From: Vibrio vulnificus CMCP6
GTDB lineage: Bacteria; Pseudomonadota; Gammaproteobacteria; Enterobacterales; Vibrionaceae
DNA length: 32,000 bases
Assembly: GCF_000039765.1 (NCBI RefSeq)
Contig: NC_004459.3
Coordinates: forward strand, 1,440,001-1,472,000
Direction of reading: 5' to 3'
Part shown: positions 9,727 through 18,421 of the stretch, in pieces
How the letters are laid out: each line of letters opens with the position of its first letter
Position numbering within the stretch: the first letter of the stretch is position 1
Notes under the pieces: generated by a model
Seen by the model: the letters and a program-made list of their open reading frames with translations, nothing else
Told to the model about the DNA's origin: nothing
Databases searched by the model: none
Translations under genes and position numbers: made by a program

Positions 9727-10689
9727 ATGTCGCTGCCTGTTGTGGTTTTTCTCGATCGCGCCACCATTCCTGCCCACATCACCCTGCCGACTTTGGCGTT
9801 TGAGCATCGCTGGGTTGAATACGATTTCACGTCGCCAGAACAAGTGATTGAACGTCTGCAAGCGGCCGATATTGTCATCACCAATAAAGTGCTGCTCGAC
9901 CAAGCATTGTTAGCGCAGTTGCCGAACTTACGGATGATTGCGGTCGCTGCAACCGGATTTAACAATGTCGATGTGGATTTTTGCGCGGAAAAAGGCATTG
10001 CCGTCGCGAATGTGCGAGGCTATGCGACGCGATCGGTGCCTGAACACGTGATTGCTATGCTGTTTGCGCTGCGTCGTAACCTGTTTGGTTATCATCAAGA
10101 CATTGCTGCCGGTGTATGGCAACAGGACAAGCAGTTTTGCTTTTTTACTCATCCCATTGGCGATGTGGCAGGCTCGACGTTGGGCATCATTGGCTCTGGC
10201 GCGTTAGGGCAAGCGACGGCGCAATTGGCGCAAGCATTAGGCGTGAAGGTGTTGTTTGCTGAGCGAAAAGGGCAAAGCGATTGTCGTCAGGGCTATCACC
10301 GTTTTGAAGAGGTGTTGGCGCAAGCCGATGCGATTTCCCTTCATTGCCCACTTTCAGCGCAAACACACCACTTAATCGGCGCGGCGGAGCTGGCCAGCAT
10401 GAAAAGCAACGCGATTTTAATCAATACTGGGCGTGGTGGCTTAGTTGATGAACAGGCTTTGGTCGAGGCGTTGAAAAAGGGCGACATTGCGGCGGCTGGC
10501 GTAGATGTGTTTAGCACAGAGCCTGCCGATGAAACCAATCCGCTGCTCGCGAATATGCATTTGCCAAACTTGCTGCTCACGCCGCATGTGGCGTGGGGCA
10601 GTGATTCTGCGATTACTCAGTTGTGTGAGATTTTGCTGGAAAACATCAACGCCTATTGGCGAGGCGAAACGCTCAACCGTTTGGTGTAG
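9727..10689 (+). CDS. D-isomer-specific 2-hydroxyacid dehydrogenase (NAD-binding)
   Basis: 320 aa; AVAATGFNNVDVDFCAEKGIAVANVRGY, GSTLGIIGSGALGQATAQLAQALG, NTGRGGLVDEQALVEALKKGDIAAAGVDVFSTEP, TPHVAWGS. Confidence 0.93.
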   Translation: MSLPVVVFLDRATIPAHITLPTLAFEHRWVEYDFTSPEQVIERLQAADIVITNKVLLDQALLAQLPNLRMIAVAATGFNNVDVDFCAEKGIAVANVRGYATRSVPEHVIAMLFALRRNLFGYHQDIAAGVWQQDKQFCFFTHPIGDVAGSTLGIIGSGALGQATAQLAQALGVKVLFAERKGQSDCRQGYHRFEEVLAQADAISLHCPLSAQTHHLIGAAELASMKSNAILINTGRGGLVDEQALVEALKKGDIAAAGVDVFSTEPADETNPLLANMHLPNLLLTPHVAWGSDSAITQLCEILLENINAYWRGETLNRLV

Positions 10690-10703
10690 CGAGCAGCAAT
10701 GAA

Positions 10704-10728
10704 AAAGGGTGACCTGATGTCACCCTTT
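10704..10728. terminator. Convergent terminator between the 2-hydroxyacid dehydrogenase gene and ridA
   Basis: Perfect 10-bp stem AAAGGGTGAC-CTGAT-GTCACCCTTT between convergent genes. Confidence 0.75.
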
Positions 10729-10748
10729 AAAATCGGTTGGATTGGCGA

Positions 10749-11138
10749 TTATTTACGAACCGCGATCGCTTCGATTTCGATGCCCACGTCTTTTGGTAGA
10801 CGAGCCACTTCCACACATGAACGTGCTGGGTAGTGCGCGACGTTGTGCTCGTCGAAGAAGTTACCATACACCTCATTTACTGTGCCAAAATCGTTGAGAT
10901 CTTTAACGAATACCGTCATTTTCACGATGTCGCCTACAGTCAGGCCAGAGGCTTCGACCACCGCTTTGACGTTGTCGAGCGATTGGCGAGCTTGCGCTGC
11001 GATGTCTGCTGGCACTTCGCCTGTTGCTGGGTTTACTGGGATTTGGCCAGAGGTCAGTACCATATTGCCTAGGTCTACGCCTTGGATGTATGGGCCGATT
11101 GCAGCAGGTGCTGAGTCTGTATGAAGTACTTTAGTCAT
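10749..11138 (-). CDS. ridA: RidA/YjgF/UK114 family enamine/imine deaminase
   Basis: MTKVLHTDSAPAAIGPYIQGVDLGNMVLTSGQIPVNPATGEVP...; start chosen at the internal ATG (ORF track extends to 11171). Located next to pyrI as in other gammaproteobacteria. Confidence 0.94.
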   Translation of the reverse strand: MTKVLHTDSAPAAIGPYIQGVDLGNMVLTSGQIPVNPATGEVPADIAAQARQSLDNVKAVVEASGLTVGDIVKMTVFVKDLNDFGTVNEVYGNFFDEHNVAHYPARSCVEVARLPKDVGIEIEAIAVRK

Positions 11139-11215
11139 TATTATGTTCCGTCTTGATTGCAAGGAAAACAAAGAGCGTTCAGTGTGCCGTGAAAGAAATG
11201 ATTGGTAAAGAAAAA

Positions 11216-11238
11216 ATCCCCGCTAGGTAGGCGGGGAT
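11216..11238 (-). terminator. Rho-independent terminator of the pyrBI operon
   Basis: Minus strand ATCCCCGC-CTACCTA-GCGGGGAT followed by TTTTT; located just downstream of pyrI. Confidence 0.85.
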
Positions 11239-11246
11239 CGTATCGA

Positions 11247-11708
11247 TTAACGCTCAGTGACGATCTCTCGGGAGAAGACTTTTTCACAATATTTACACTT
11301 CAAACGTACGTCGCCTTTTTTCTCAAACACGCGGAAGTTACTCGCGACTGGCTCATTGTGCGTAATGCAGTTGGTGTTTGGGCACTCAAAGACATCACTG
11401 ACAAACTCAGGCAGCTCCAACGCGAGCTTCTTCACCACTTGGTAATCTTCAATTTGATTGACGGTGGCGTGAGGCGCGTAAAGGGCCAATTTGCTCGCTT
11501 GCTCTTCGTTGATAAACACGTTTTCAATCTTGAGCAAATCTTTGTTACCCAGAGCGGATGAAGGCAAATTTAAGCCAATGGTGACGCGCTGCGATGAGTT
11601 GTGCATATCAAACAGTTTCAACACCTTGATGCCTACTTGCGCTGGGATATGGTCGATCACTGTACCGTTTTTAATCGCTTCAACCTGCAATTTTGTCTCT
11701 TTGTTCAT
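11247..11708 (-). CDS. pyrI: Aspartate carbamoyltransferase regulatory subunit PyrI
   Basis: 153 aa; [50 protein letters not shown]..., zinc site [12 protein letters not shown]...CKYCEKVF. Confidence 0.97.
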   Translation of the reverse strand: MNKETKLQVEAIKNGTVIDHIPAQVGIKVLKLFDMHNSSQRVTIGLNLPSSALGNKDLLKIENVFINEEQASKLALYAPHATVNQIEDYQVVKKLALELPEFVSDVFECPNTNCITHNEPVASNFRVFEKKGDVRLKCKYCEKVFSREIVTER

Positions 11709-11722
11709 CTTGATTCTCCTAC

Positions 11723-12652
11723 TTACAGTGATTCGTTCAGTACCAGTGCCAACAAGGCTTCACGAGCGTAAACGCCGTTGCCTGCTTGCTGGAAGTAGTA
11801 AGCGTGCGGTGTTTTGTCGACGTCAGTGGTGATCTCATCCACACGTGGCAGTGGATGCAGCACTTTGAGGTTCTCACGTGCGCCTTCCAATAGCGCTGCG
11901 GTGAGGATGTAGGCGGATTTAATGTGCGCGTATTCCGATTCATCGAAACGTTCTTTTTGTACGCGCGTCATGTAGAGAATATCCAGCTCAGGGATTACGG
12001 TTTCCATGTCTGTGTGCAGGCTGTAGCTGATGCCAGCTTCATCCAGATCTTCAAGAATGTAATCTGGCATTGCCAATGCGTCTGGCGCAACAAAGAAGAA
12101 GCGGATGTTGTTGAATTTTGCCAAGGCTTGCGTCAACGAGTGTACGGTGCGGCCATATTTTAAGTCACCGACAAACGCCACATTCAAGTTGTCCAAACGA
12201 CCTTGCGTTTCGGAGATGGTGAACAGATCAAGCAGCGTTTGAGTTGGATGCTGGTTCGCACCATCACCGGCGTTGATCACCGGAACACCGTTAGAAAATT
12301 CAGAAGCCAGACGCGCAGCGCCTTCTTGTGGGTGACGCATGACAAAAGCATCCACATAGTTCGAGATGACTTGTACCGAGTCAGACAGCGTTTCGCCTTT
12401 TTTCGCCAGTGAGGTGTTACCACCATCGTCAAACCCAATGACATCGCCACCGATGCGTTGGATGGCCGTTTCAAACGACAGGCGAGTACGGGTGGAAGGC
12501 TCGAAGAAACAACTCGCGACGACCTTGTTCTTTATCAGCTCTGGGTTTGGCTCTGCTTTTAACTGACCTGCCGTTTTGACAATCAATTCCAGCTCAGCGC
12601 GGCTAAGCTCTGGAATGGAGATAATGTGCTTCTTATAAAGCGAGTTTGTCAT
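11723..12652 (-). CDS. pyrB: Aspartate carbamoyltransferase catalytic subunit PyrB
   Basis: 309 aa; [44 protein letters not shown]..., HPLPRVDEI. Confidence 0.97.
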   Translation of the reverse strand: MTNSLYKKHIISIPELSRAELELIVKTAGQLKAEPNPELIKNKVVASCFFEPSTRTRLSFETAIQRIGGDVIGFDDGGNTSLAKKGETLSDSVQVISNYVDAFVMRHPQEGAARLASEFSNGVPVINAGDGANQHPTQTLLDLFTISETQGRLDNLNVAFVGDLKYGRTVHSLTQALAKFNNIRFFFVAPDALAMPDYILEDLDEAGISYSLHTDMETVIPELDILYMTRVQKERFDESEYAHIKSAYILTAALLEGARENLKVLHPLPRVDEITTDVDKTPHAYYFQQAGNGVYAREALLALVLNESL

Positions 12653-12682
12653 AATCGTCTTCCCTATCTGAATGTTTCAGGC

Positions 12683-12713
12683 ATAAAAAAGCCCCCCATG
12701 ACGGGAGGCTTCA
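12683..12713 (-). terminator. pyrBI transcription attenuator
   Basis: Minus strand AAGCCTCCC-GTCAT-GGGGGGCTT (one T.G wobble) followed by TTTTTT, upstream of pyrB and overlapping the stop codon of the leader ORF. Confidence 0.85.
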
Positions 12714-12812
12714 AAATTCTATTGGTTGAACAAATACAATGGTAGAAGAAACAACACCATGCAGGTGGGATTGCGTACCTGCTCGTCGTGTTTTGTTACT
12801 GCGATGATCCAT
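12711..12812 (-). CDS. Putative pyrBI leader peptide (33 codons, MDHRSNKTRRAGTQSHLHGVVSSTIVFVQPIEF)
   Basis: Hand-translated from the minus strand: ATG complement at 12810-12812, stop (TGA) at 12713-12711 immediately at the attenuator stem. Followed by a U-rich tract region as in the E. coli pyrL arrangement. Confidence 0.65.
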   Translation of the reverse strand: MDHRSNKTRRAGTQSHLHGVVSSTIVFVQPIEF

Positions 12813-12838
12813 TGTTATTTACCAACCCTCGGACAAAT

Positions 12839-12874
12839 TGCCGAGCATTATACGCGTAAGAAAAGCGAGCGCAA
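12839..12874 (-). promoter_or_regulatory. pyrBI promoter with UTP-sensitive type initially transcribed region
   Basis: Minus strand -35 TTGCGC (12874-12869), 16-nt spacer, -10 TATAAT (12852-12847), then GCTCGGC-AATTTG with the start near 12839. Layout matches the E. coli pyrBI promoter (TATAATGCCGGACAATTTG). Confidence 0.7.
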
Positions 12875-12911
12875 GCGATTACATCAAGCTTTAGGTCTGA
12901 AATGTAATCGA

Positions 12912-13916
12912 TTAACTGCCTAAAGTTGCGACCATCACGGCTTTGATGGTGTGCATGCGATTTTCGGCTTCATCAAACACAATCGAATGCTCAGATTCAA
13001 ACACCTCTTCGGTCACTTCCAAGCCTTTCATACCAAACTTGTCAGCCACTTGTTTGCCAATGGTGGTTTCGTCGTTGTGGAAAGCCGGTAGGCAATGCAT
13101 AAATTTGACATTCGGATTGCCAGTTTGCTTGAGGACATTCATGTTGACTTGATAAGGTTTCATCAATGCCACGCGCTCATCCCAAGCCTCTGGTGATTCA
13201 CCCATGGAGACCCAAACATCGGTATAGAGGAAATCACAGCCTTGTACCCCTTCTGCGACATTTTCAGTCAGGGTAATCTTGCCGCCGGTTTGTTTGGCAA
13301 TGGCTTGGCAGGCGGCCACGAGTTCTTCATCGGGCCAGTAAGCTTGCGGGCCAACAAGGCGAATATCCATGCCCATTTTGGCTGCGCCCACCATCAACGA
13401 ATTGCCGACGTTATTACGCGCATCACCAAGGTAGGCGAATTGAATGTCGGCAAGTGCTTTGCCTTGGCTGTGTTCAAGCATGGTGAGGAAGTCAGCAAGA
13501 ATTTGTGTGGGATGAAATTCGTCGGTTAAGCCATTCCATACCGGGACGCCAGCGAAAGCACCGAGCTCTTCGACGATCGCTTGACCAAAGCCACGATATT
13601 GAATGCCATCGTACATGCGACCCAACACTCGCGCAGTGTCTTTCATCGACTCTTTATCACCAATTTGCGAGCCAGAAGGGCCGATATAGGTGACTTGTGC
13701 GCCTTGATCAAAGGCGGCGACTTCAAAAGCACATCGGGTACGAGTTGACGCTTTCTCAAAGATCAATGCAATGTTTTTGCCCAGTAGTTTCTTCTGCTCA
13801 GTGCCAGCGTATTTGGCTTTCTTTAGATCAGCAGACAGATCGATCAAAAACTGGATCTCTTTTGTCGAGAAGTCCAACAACTTGAGGAAGTTGCGATTCC
13901 GGAGATTAAATGCCAT
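12912..13916 (-). CDS. argF: Ornithine carbamoyltransferase
   Basis: 334 aa; [53 protein letters not shown]. Confidence 0.95.
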
Positions 13917-13974
13917 GACTCGTTCCTTATTTATCCATCGTCATGGCACTAGTAAAACATAGAAATGCTACTTT

Positions 13975-13992
13975 TGTGAATAATTATTTTAA
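13975..13992. promoter_or_regulatory. Candidate ArgR box upstream of argF
   Basis: TGTGAATAATTATTTTAA compared with the ARG box consensus TNTGAATWWWWATTCANW. Only one convincing box was seen; the neighbouring positions match poorly. Confidence 0.4.
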
Positions 13993-14005
13993 AATTAAGC
14001 ATAAA

Positions 14006-14030
14006 AAAGCCAACTTAAAAAGTTGGCTTT
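14006..14030 (-). terminator. Rho-independent terminator of arcA
   Basis: Minus strand AAAGCCAACTT...AAGTTGGCTTTTTTAT immediately downstream of arcA. Confidence 0.8.
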
Positions 14031-14051
14031 AGTGAGAACATTAGCACGAAG

Positions 14052-15272
14052 TTAGATATCATCACGCTCAATCGGGCAACTCATGCAGCGTGCACCACCA
14101 CGGCCACGGCCTAATTCATTCCCCGGAATGGTGAGAACTTCAATGCCCGCTTTATCGTATTTTTCATTGGTGTAGACGTTTCGTTCATAACCAATCACCA
14201 CGCCTGGTTTCACGGTTAACACGTTATTGGCATCGTTCCACTGTTCACGTTCTGCCTCATAACTGTCACCACCGGTGGTAATGATATTGAGGTGATTCAA
14301 GCCCAGTGCACGTTCAATGGCGTGCAAATAGTTATGCAAAGCTTCTACTTGCATCTCGCCATTGCCTTTTGGCGTTAAGCGCCAAGTATGCAGATCTTTA
14401 CGCATGATCTCTGGATAAACAGAAAAAGTATCAACATCCATGTGTGTCATCACCGTATCTAAGTGCATGCACGAACGATGTTTGGGCAGTTCAATGGCAA
14501 TCACTTCTTTTGCTTGGCCATGTTTAAACAGGTTGGCCGCTAAGTTTTCCACTCCTTGTGGGGTAGTGCGCTCTGACATGCCAATCAGCACGGCGCCTTT
14601 ACCTATCACTAACACATCGCCCCCTTCAATGTTGGCGTTGTCGTAATGGAGGTCTTCGTTGCCAAAGTATTTGATGAAATCTTGCCCCGCAAAGATGGGG
14701 TGCCACTGATAAATCGCCCGCAAATGGTTGGTCTCACGTTGACGTGCGGGTTTCATCATTGGATTGAGCGATACACCACCATAAACCCAACATGAGGTAT
14801 CACGGGTAAAGAGATGATTCGGGAGCGGTTCAATCACGAAGTCTAATGGCTGCTTCATGCGCGGCAGCATAGAGGCCGACTGAATGGGTAATTCAGAGTA
14901 AGCCAGACCACCCAGCAAAATGGTGGCAAGGTGTTCGTTGTCCATCTCAGAAAGGTAACGACGTAAGTCGCGCGCAAAAATTGGGCCGTAGCGAAAATCG
15001 GAGATTTGAACATCTAACAGCCACTGCTTTGCTTCTGGCACGGCGAGGGTATCCACCATCAAATCGTGCAGAAGTAGCACCTCAACACCTTGTTGGCGCA
15101 ACGTATCGGCAAACGCATCGTGCTCTTTACCTGCCGCCTCAACCAGTAAGACATCGTCAAACAGCAGTTCATGACAATTTGAAGGGGTAAGGTGGGTTAG
15201 GGCTCTTTCTGGTCGATTAAGAAGGACTCGGCGTAACTGACCGACTTCAGAACCTACATACAACTTACTCAT
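14052..15272 (-). CDS. arcA: Arginine deiminase
   Basis: 406 aa; [45 protein letters not shown]..., [22 protein letters not shown], terminal [19 protein letters not shown]. Confidence 0.96.
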   Translation of the reverse strand: MSKLYVGSEVGQLRRVLLNRPERALTHLTPSNCHELLFDDVLLVEAAGKEHDAFADTLRQQGVEVLLLHDLMVDTLAVPEAKQWLLDVQISDFRYGPIFARDLRRYLSEMDNEHLATILLGGLAYSELPIQSASMLPRMKQPLDFVIEPLPNHLFTRDTSCWVYGGVSLNPMMKPARQRETNHLRAIYQWHPIFAGQDFIKYFGNEDLHYDNANIEGGDVLVIGKGAVLIGMSERTTPQGVENLAANLFKHGQAKEVIAIELPKHRSCMHLDTVMTHMDVDTFSVYPEIMRKDLHTWRLTPKGNGEMQVEALHNYLHAIERALGLNHLNIITTGGDSYEAEREQWNDANNVLTVKPGVVIGYERNVYTNEKYDKAGIEVLTIPGNELGRGRGGARCMSCPIERDDI

Positions 15273-15332
15273 TTTGCATCCTTACAGTTTATCCTGGCGC
15301 TATTTATGACAATCTTTTGTATAAGATGCAAA
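15273..15332 (-). promoter_or_regulatory. Possible arcA 5' UTR stem enclosing the Shine-Dalgarno sequence
   Basis: Minus strand TTTGCATC-TTA (15332-15322) complementary to TAAgGATGCAAA (15284-15273), which contains the AAGGA ribosome-binding site and abuts the ATG. Loop of 37 nt. Confidence 0.4.
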
Positions 15333-15836
15333 TCATCTGGCTTTGTTTAAGTCCTGCATTATTGGTTATTTTTGGTTTTAAATTCCAATCTAACCGCTTT
15401 CTCTGGATGTTTATTTTGTTTTGTGGTGTTTAAAAAAAGTACGGCAGGATTGATTTTTTATGCGTAAACGGTGCTTTGCTTACTTTGAGTCTTTTTGAAT
15501 AAAACGTGATTTTTTATTCAAAAAACTGCATTTTATCGTTCGGCTTAGGCGTTATTCATTCTAGAAGCGCATTTGTTTACTGCATGAAGTCGCGCGATAA
15601 GGGCAATTCTATTTATCTATATTTCATCTTCTTGGCGTTAGGATGTTCTGAATATTAATAAATTGGCACTATTGTTAAAAATGTGTTGTTTTGCATTGTG
15701 GTGACGGCCCATTTTGAGGTTAAGCAGCAAAAGATAGGTTGTATGTCGCTTTGTCGGTGGCTTTTCTAGGCGATCCATGCCATATTTCACCGCAACAAAT
15801 TGATCCAATTTAGAGTAACGATTCCGGAGCTAAAAC

Positions 15837-16259
15837 ATGTCTCACGAAGATGAATATCTATCAGTAGAAGAGTTAATTGAGATTCAAAAGGAAGAGACTC
15901 GCGATATTATCGCTGCTCTGCTTGAAGATGGCAGCGATCCTGAAGCACTGTATGAAATCGAGCACCACCTATTTGCTGAAGATTTCGACACCCTAGAAAA
16001 AGCGGTTGTTGAAGCATTTAAGATGGGCTTTGAAGTGCTGGAAGCTGAAGAAACTGAAGATGAAGACGGCAACAAGCTGCTTTGTTGTGATGCAACCATG
16101 CAGTCGACGCTGGACGCTGAAACCATTGATGCTCAAGTAGAGAAGTTGGTTCATCTCGCTGAAAAATACGACATCATCTATGATGGTTGGGGCACTTACT
16201 ACGAAGGTGAAGATGCGCTATACCAAGATGACGACGAAGACGAAGACTTCGAAGACTAA
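15837..16259 (+). CDS. rraB: Ribonuclease E inhibitor RraB
   Basis: 140 aa acidic protein [67 protein letters not shown]...[26 protein letters not shown]. Confidence 0.93.
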   Translation: MSHEDEYLSVEELIEIQKEETRDIIAALLEDGSDPEALYEIEHHLFAEDFDTLEKAVVEAFKMGFEVLEAEETEDEDGNKLLCCDATMQSTLDAETIDAQVEKLVHLAEKYDIIYDGWGTYYEGEDALYQDDDEDEDFED

Positions 16260-16268
16260 TAAAACAAG

Positions 16269-16286
16269 AGCCGGCGATTGCCGGCT
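16269..16286 (+). terminator. Rho-independent terminator of rraB
   Basis: AGCCGGC-GATT-GCCGGCT followed by TTTG TTTG. Confidence 0.8.
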
Positions 16287-16414
16287 TTTGTTTGTGTTCC
16301 GTTTGCTCGCATGGCGTTGTTATTCATCTTGTTACACTCATACGGAGAACAGCGCTCGCTCATTGGCAGGGTTGTGTATATAATGCGGCAAACTTGATCT
16401 AGCTCAATTATGAT

Positions 16415-17191
16415 ATGCAACTCTCACTCACTGGTTATTGGCAACTTTCCCCGCTTACCGATCTCTCTATTCCACAAGATGATCTCTGCTTTCCCGCGCC
16501 ACTAAGCGAGATTTTGCCTGCTTCCCTCTCTGAGCAAGCCATTGCGGCGCAAGAATGGCACTTGATGCACGACATCGAAGTGGATGACAGTTTGCTGGCT
16601 TATCCTGCGGTTGAGATGGTGCTTGCTGGAGTGGATTACCATGCCGAAGTGCGCTTAAACGGCATTGCTGTGTTTGATTGTGATAAAAGTCAGTTTGAGT
16701 ATCGCAAAGATATTCGTCCTTATCTGCAACATGGACGTAATCGCTTTGAAATTCTTTTTCTCGAAGAGGAAGAAGAATTGCTGTTTGAGGAAGACAGACT
16801 GGCATTGTGCGAGTTAGGGGCAAATGCCTATCAACCCAGTGACGAAAGAATGGGGATCTGGCGAGAGCCGTATTTGCAGTTTATCCGCCACGTTCGTCTT
16901 GATTGCGTGACGACCGAGCAAATCTGGCACCATGGTGGTGGGTGTGAATTTAAAGTGGATCTCTACTATCAAACCTACGTATCGGGTTTGATTTCAGCTT
17001 CAGTCAAGTTTGATGGCCGCCGCTACAATATCCCTCTGGATCTGCGCAGCGATCATGCTAGTGCTTTATTTCAAATTGACGCCCCCAGCCCAGCAACACC
17101 ATATCAATTAGAGATTGAGCTTGATGGTCAGACGCTGAGCGCACCCGTTGTGCTCGATGAGGCGATTTCGGTTACCCACTTTGTCCGCTAG
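16415..17191 (+). CDS. Orphan GH2/beta-mannosidase-like N-terminal sugar-binding domain protein, no catalytic barrel
   Basis: 258 aa; MQLSLTGYWQLSPLTDLSIPQDD..., VDYHAEVRLNGIAVFDCDKSQFEYRKDIRPYLQHGRNRFEILF, GIWREPYLQFIRHVRLD. The pattern resembles the N-terminal jelly-roll of GH2 mannosidases; the ORF ends before any catalytic domain. Confidence 0.6.
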   Translation: MQLSLTGYWQLSPLTDLSIPQDDLCFPAPLSEILPASLSEQAIAAQEWHLMHDIEVDDSLLAYPAVEMVLAGVDYHAEVRLNGIAVFDCDKSQFEYRKDIRPYLQHGRNRFEILFLEEEEELLFEEDRLALCELGANAYQPSDERMGIWREPYLQFIRHVRLDCVTTEQIWHHGGGCEFKVDLYYQTYVSGLISASVKFDGRRYNIPLDLRSDHASALFQIDAPSPATPYQLEIELDGQTLSAPVVLDEAISVTHFVR

Positions 17192-17196
17192 TTGCC

Positions 17197-17691
17197 TTAT
17201 AAATGGCAAATCATCACCACTTCACAAGCGTCATGTCCGGTTTGCCCGAGTGGCGCTTGCAGATGTTCAAATCCGAGCTTTTCATACAGAGCAATGGCTT
17301 CTTTCAAGCAGGCAGTGGTTTCTAGGTAACAGCGTTGATAACCCATCTTTTTCGCGGCGCTGCGGCTGAGCGAAACGATTTTCTTGGCCAGACCCTGCCC
17401 ACGGCAAATGGGTAAGAAGTACATTTTTTGTAACTCGCAGACACCTTCGACCCCTGCTAGCGCAGAAAAGCCACCTCCACCGACGATCTTCCCTTGATGT
17501 TCCACCACCCAATAGGCGGCATTTGCTTGTGAGTAGATGCTAAAAAGATCGTCTAGGGTTGGATCGGCAACACTGTAGCCTTTATCGGCGGTTAACCCAT
17601 ACTCCGCCGAGACTTGACGAATCACATTGGCGATTGAGGCGTTGTCTTCAACGGTGATAGGGCGCAAGACAAAGTCCATTTTTTCTGACAT
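17197..17691 (-). CDS. GNAT family N-acetyltransferase
   Basis: 164 aa; [21 protein letters not shown]..., [78 protein letters not shown]. Confidence 0.9.
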   Translation of the reverse strand: MSEKMDFVLRPITVEDNASIANVIRQVSAEYGLTADKGYSVADPTLDDLFSIYSQANAAYWVVEHQGKIVGGGGFSALAGVEGVCELQKMYFLPICRGQGLAKKIVSLSRSAAKKMGYQRCYLETTACLKEAIALYEKLGFEHLQAPLGQTGHDACEVVMICHL

Positions 17692-17737
17692 AAGACCAAT
17701 CGTATTTCAAATTATGATGGTCAAAACTATAGAGTCA

Positions 17738-18148
17738 CTACACGGTTGGGTGCAAACAAAAACTGTGCGAATCGAGGGTTTGTTTTGCCGCGCTGTGGCG
17801 CAACCAAACCTTCTCATGGAAGTAGTACACTACGGTGTTAATAGACGGTTCGAGTAATGCCATCACCCCACCGACAAACGCATCACCTGTTAACAAGTAA
17901 ACCACGCTAAACGCCACGCTGAAATGCACGGTAGCAAAACTGGCGGTCTTGATTTTCGTCATCCACTGACGCGCTTTGAGCGCTGGCACGGTAGACCATG
18001 CTTTTTCATGGAAGTAAAACGCAATGGTATTGACCGCAGGTTCAATCATCGCAATCAAACTGCCGATGAGGATATCGCCCGTTAAGATGTAGGCAACAGT
18101 GAAAGCGACCGTAAAATGAAGTGCTGCAAAGGTAATGGTCTTTTTCAT
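17738..18148 (-). CDS. DUF2061-type small membrane protein with two tandem domain copies
   Basis: Repeated units KTITFAALHFTVAFTVAYILTGDILIGSLIAMIEPAVNTIAFYFHEKAW and KTASFATVHFSVAFSVVYLLTGDAFVGGVMALLEPSINTVVYYFHEKVW. Start at MKKTITF chosen because AGAGATAAG precedes it. Confidence 0.8.
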   Translation of the reverse strand: MKKTITFAALHFTVAFTVAYILTGDILIGSLIAMIEPAVNTIAFYFHEKAWSTVPALKARQWMTKIKTASFATVHFSVAFSVVYLLTGDAFVGGVMALLEPSINTVVYYFHEKVWLRHSAAKQTLDSHSFCLHPTV

Positions 18149-18421
18149 AATCTTATCTCTCATGATGCGTTTGGCTCGTTTTGCCACTGGTGACAGTATC
18201 ATGGGAAAGTTACGAAAGTTAAAATCGATTAAATTTATTATTTTAATAGTCAAATGCTATTGGTTGTGCTTATTGATTGATTCATATAAATAATTAGTTG
18301 ATAAAATAAACCCTTGTCACTGAATGTATTTCGGACGTTCGGTTAAAATTACACGCTTTTTATAAAGTTAATGTTTGATTAATCAATAATAAATCGAAAA
18401 ACAACGTCAGGATAAAAATGA

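Noticed and set aside
18149-18253. N-terminal extension of the DUF2061 ORF
   Set aside because: A ribosome-binding-like AGAGATAAG lies directly before MKKTITF, and the domain begins there.
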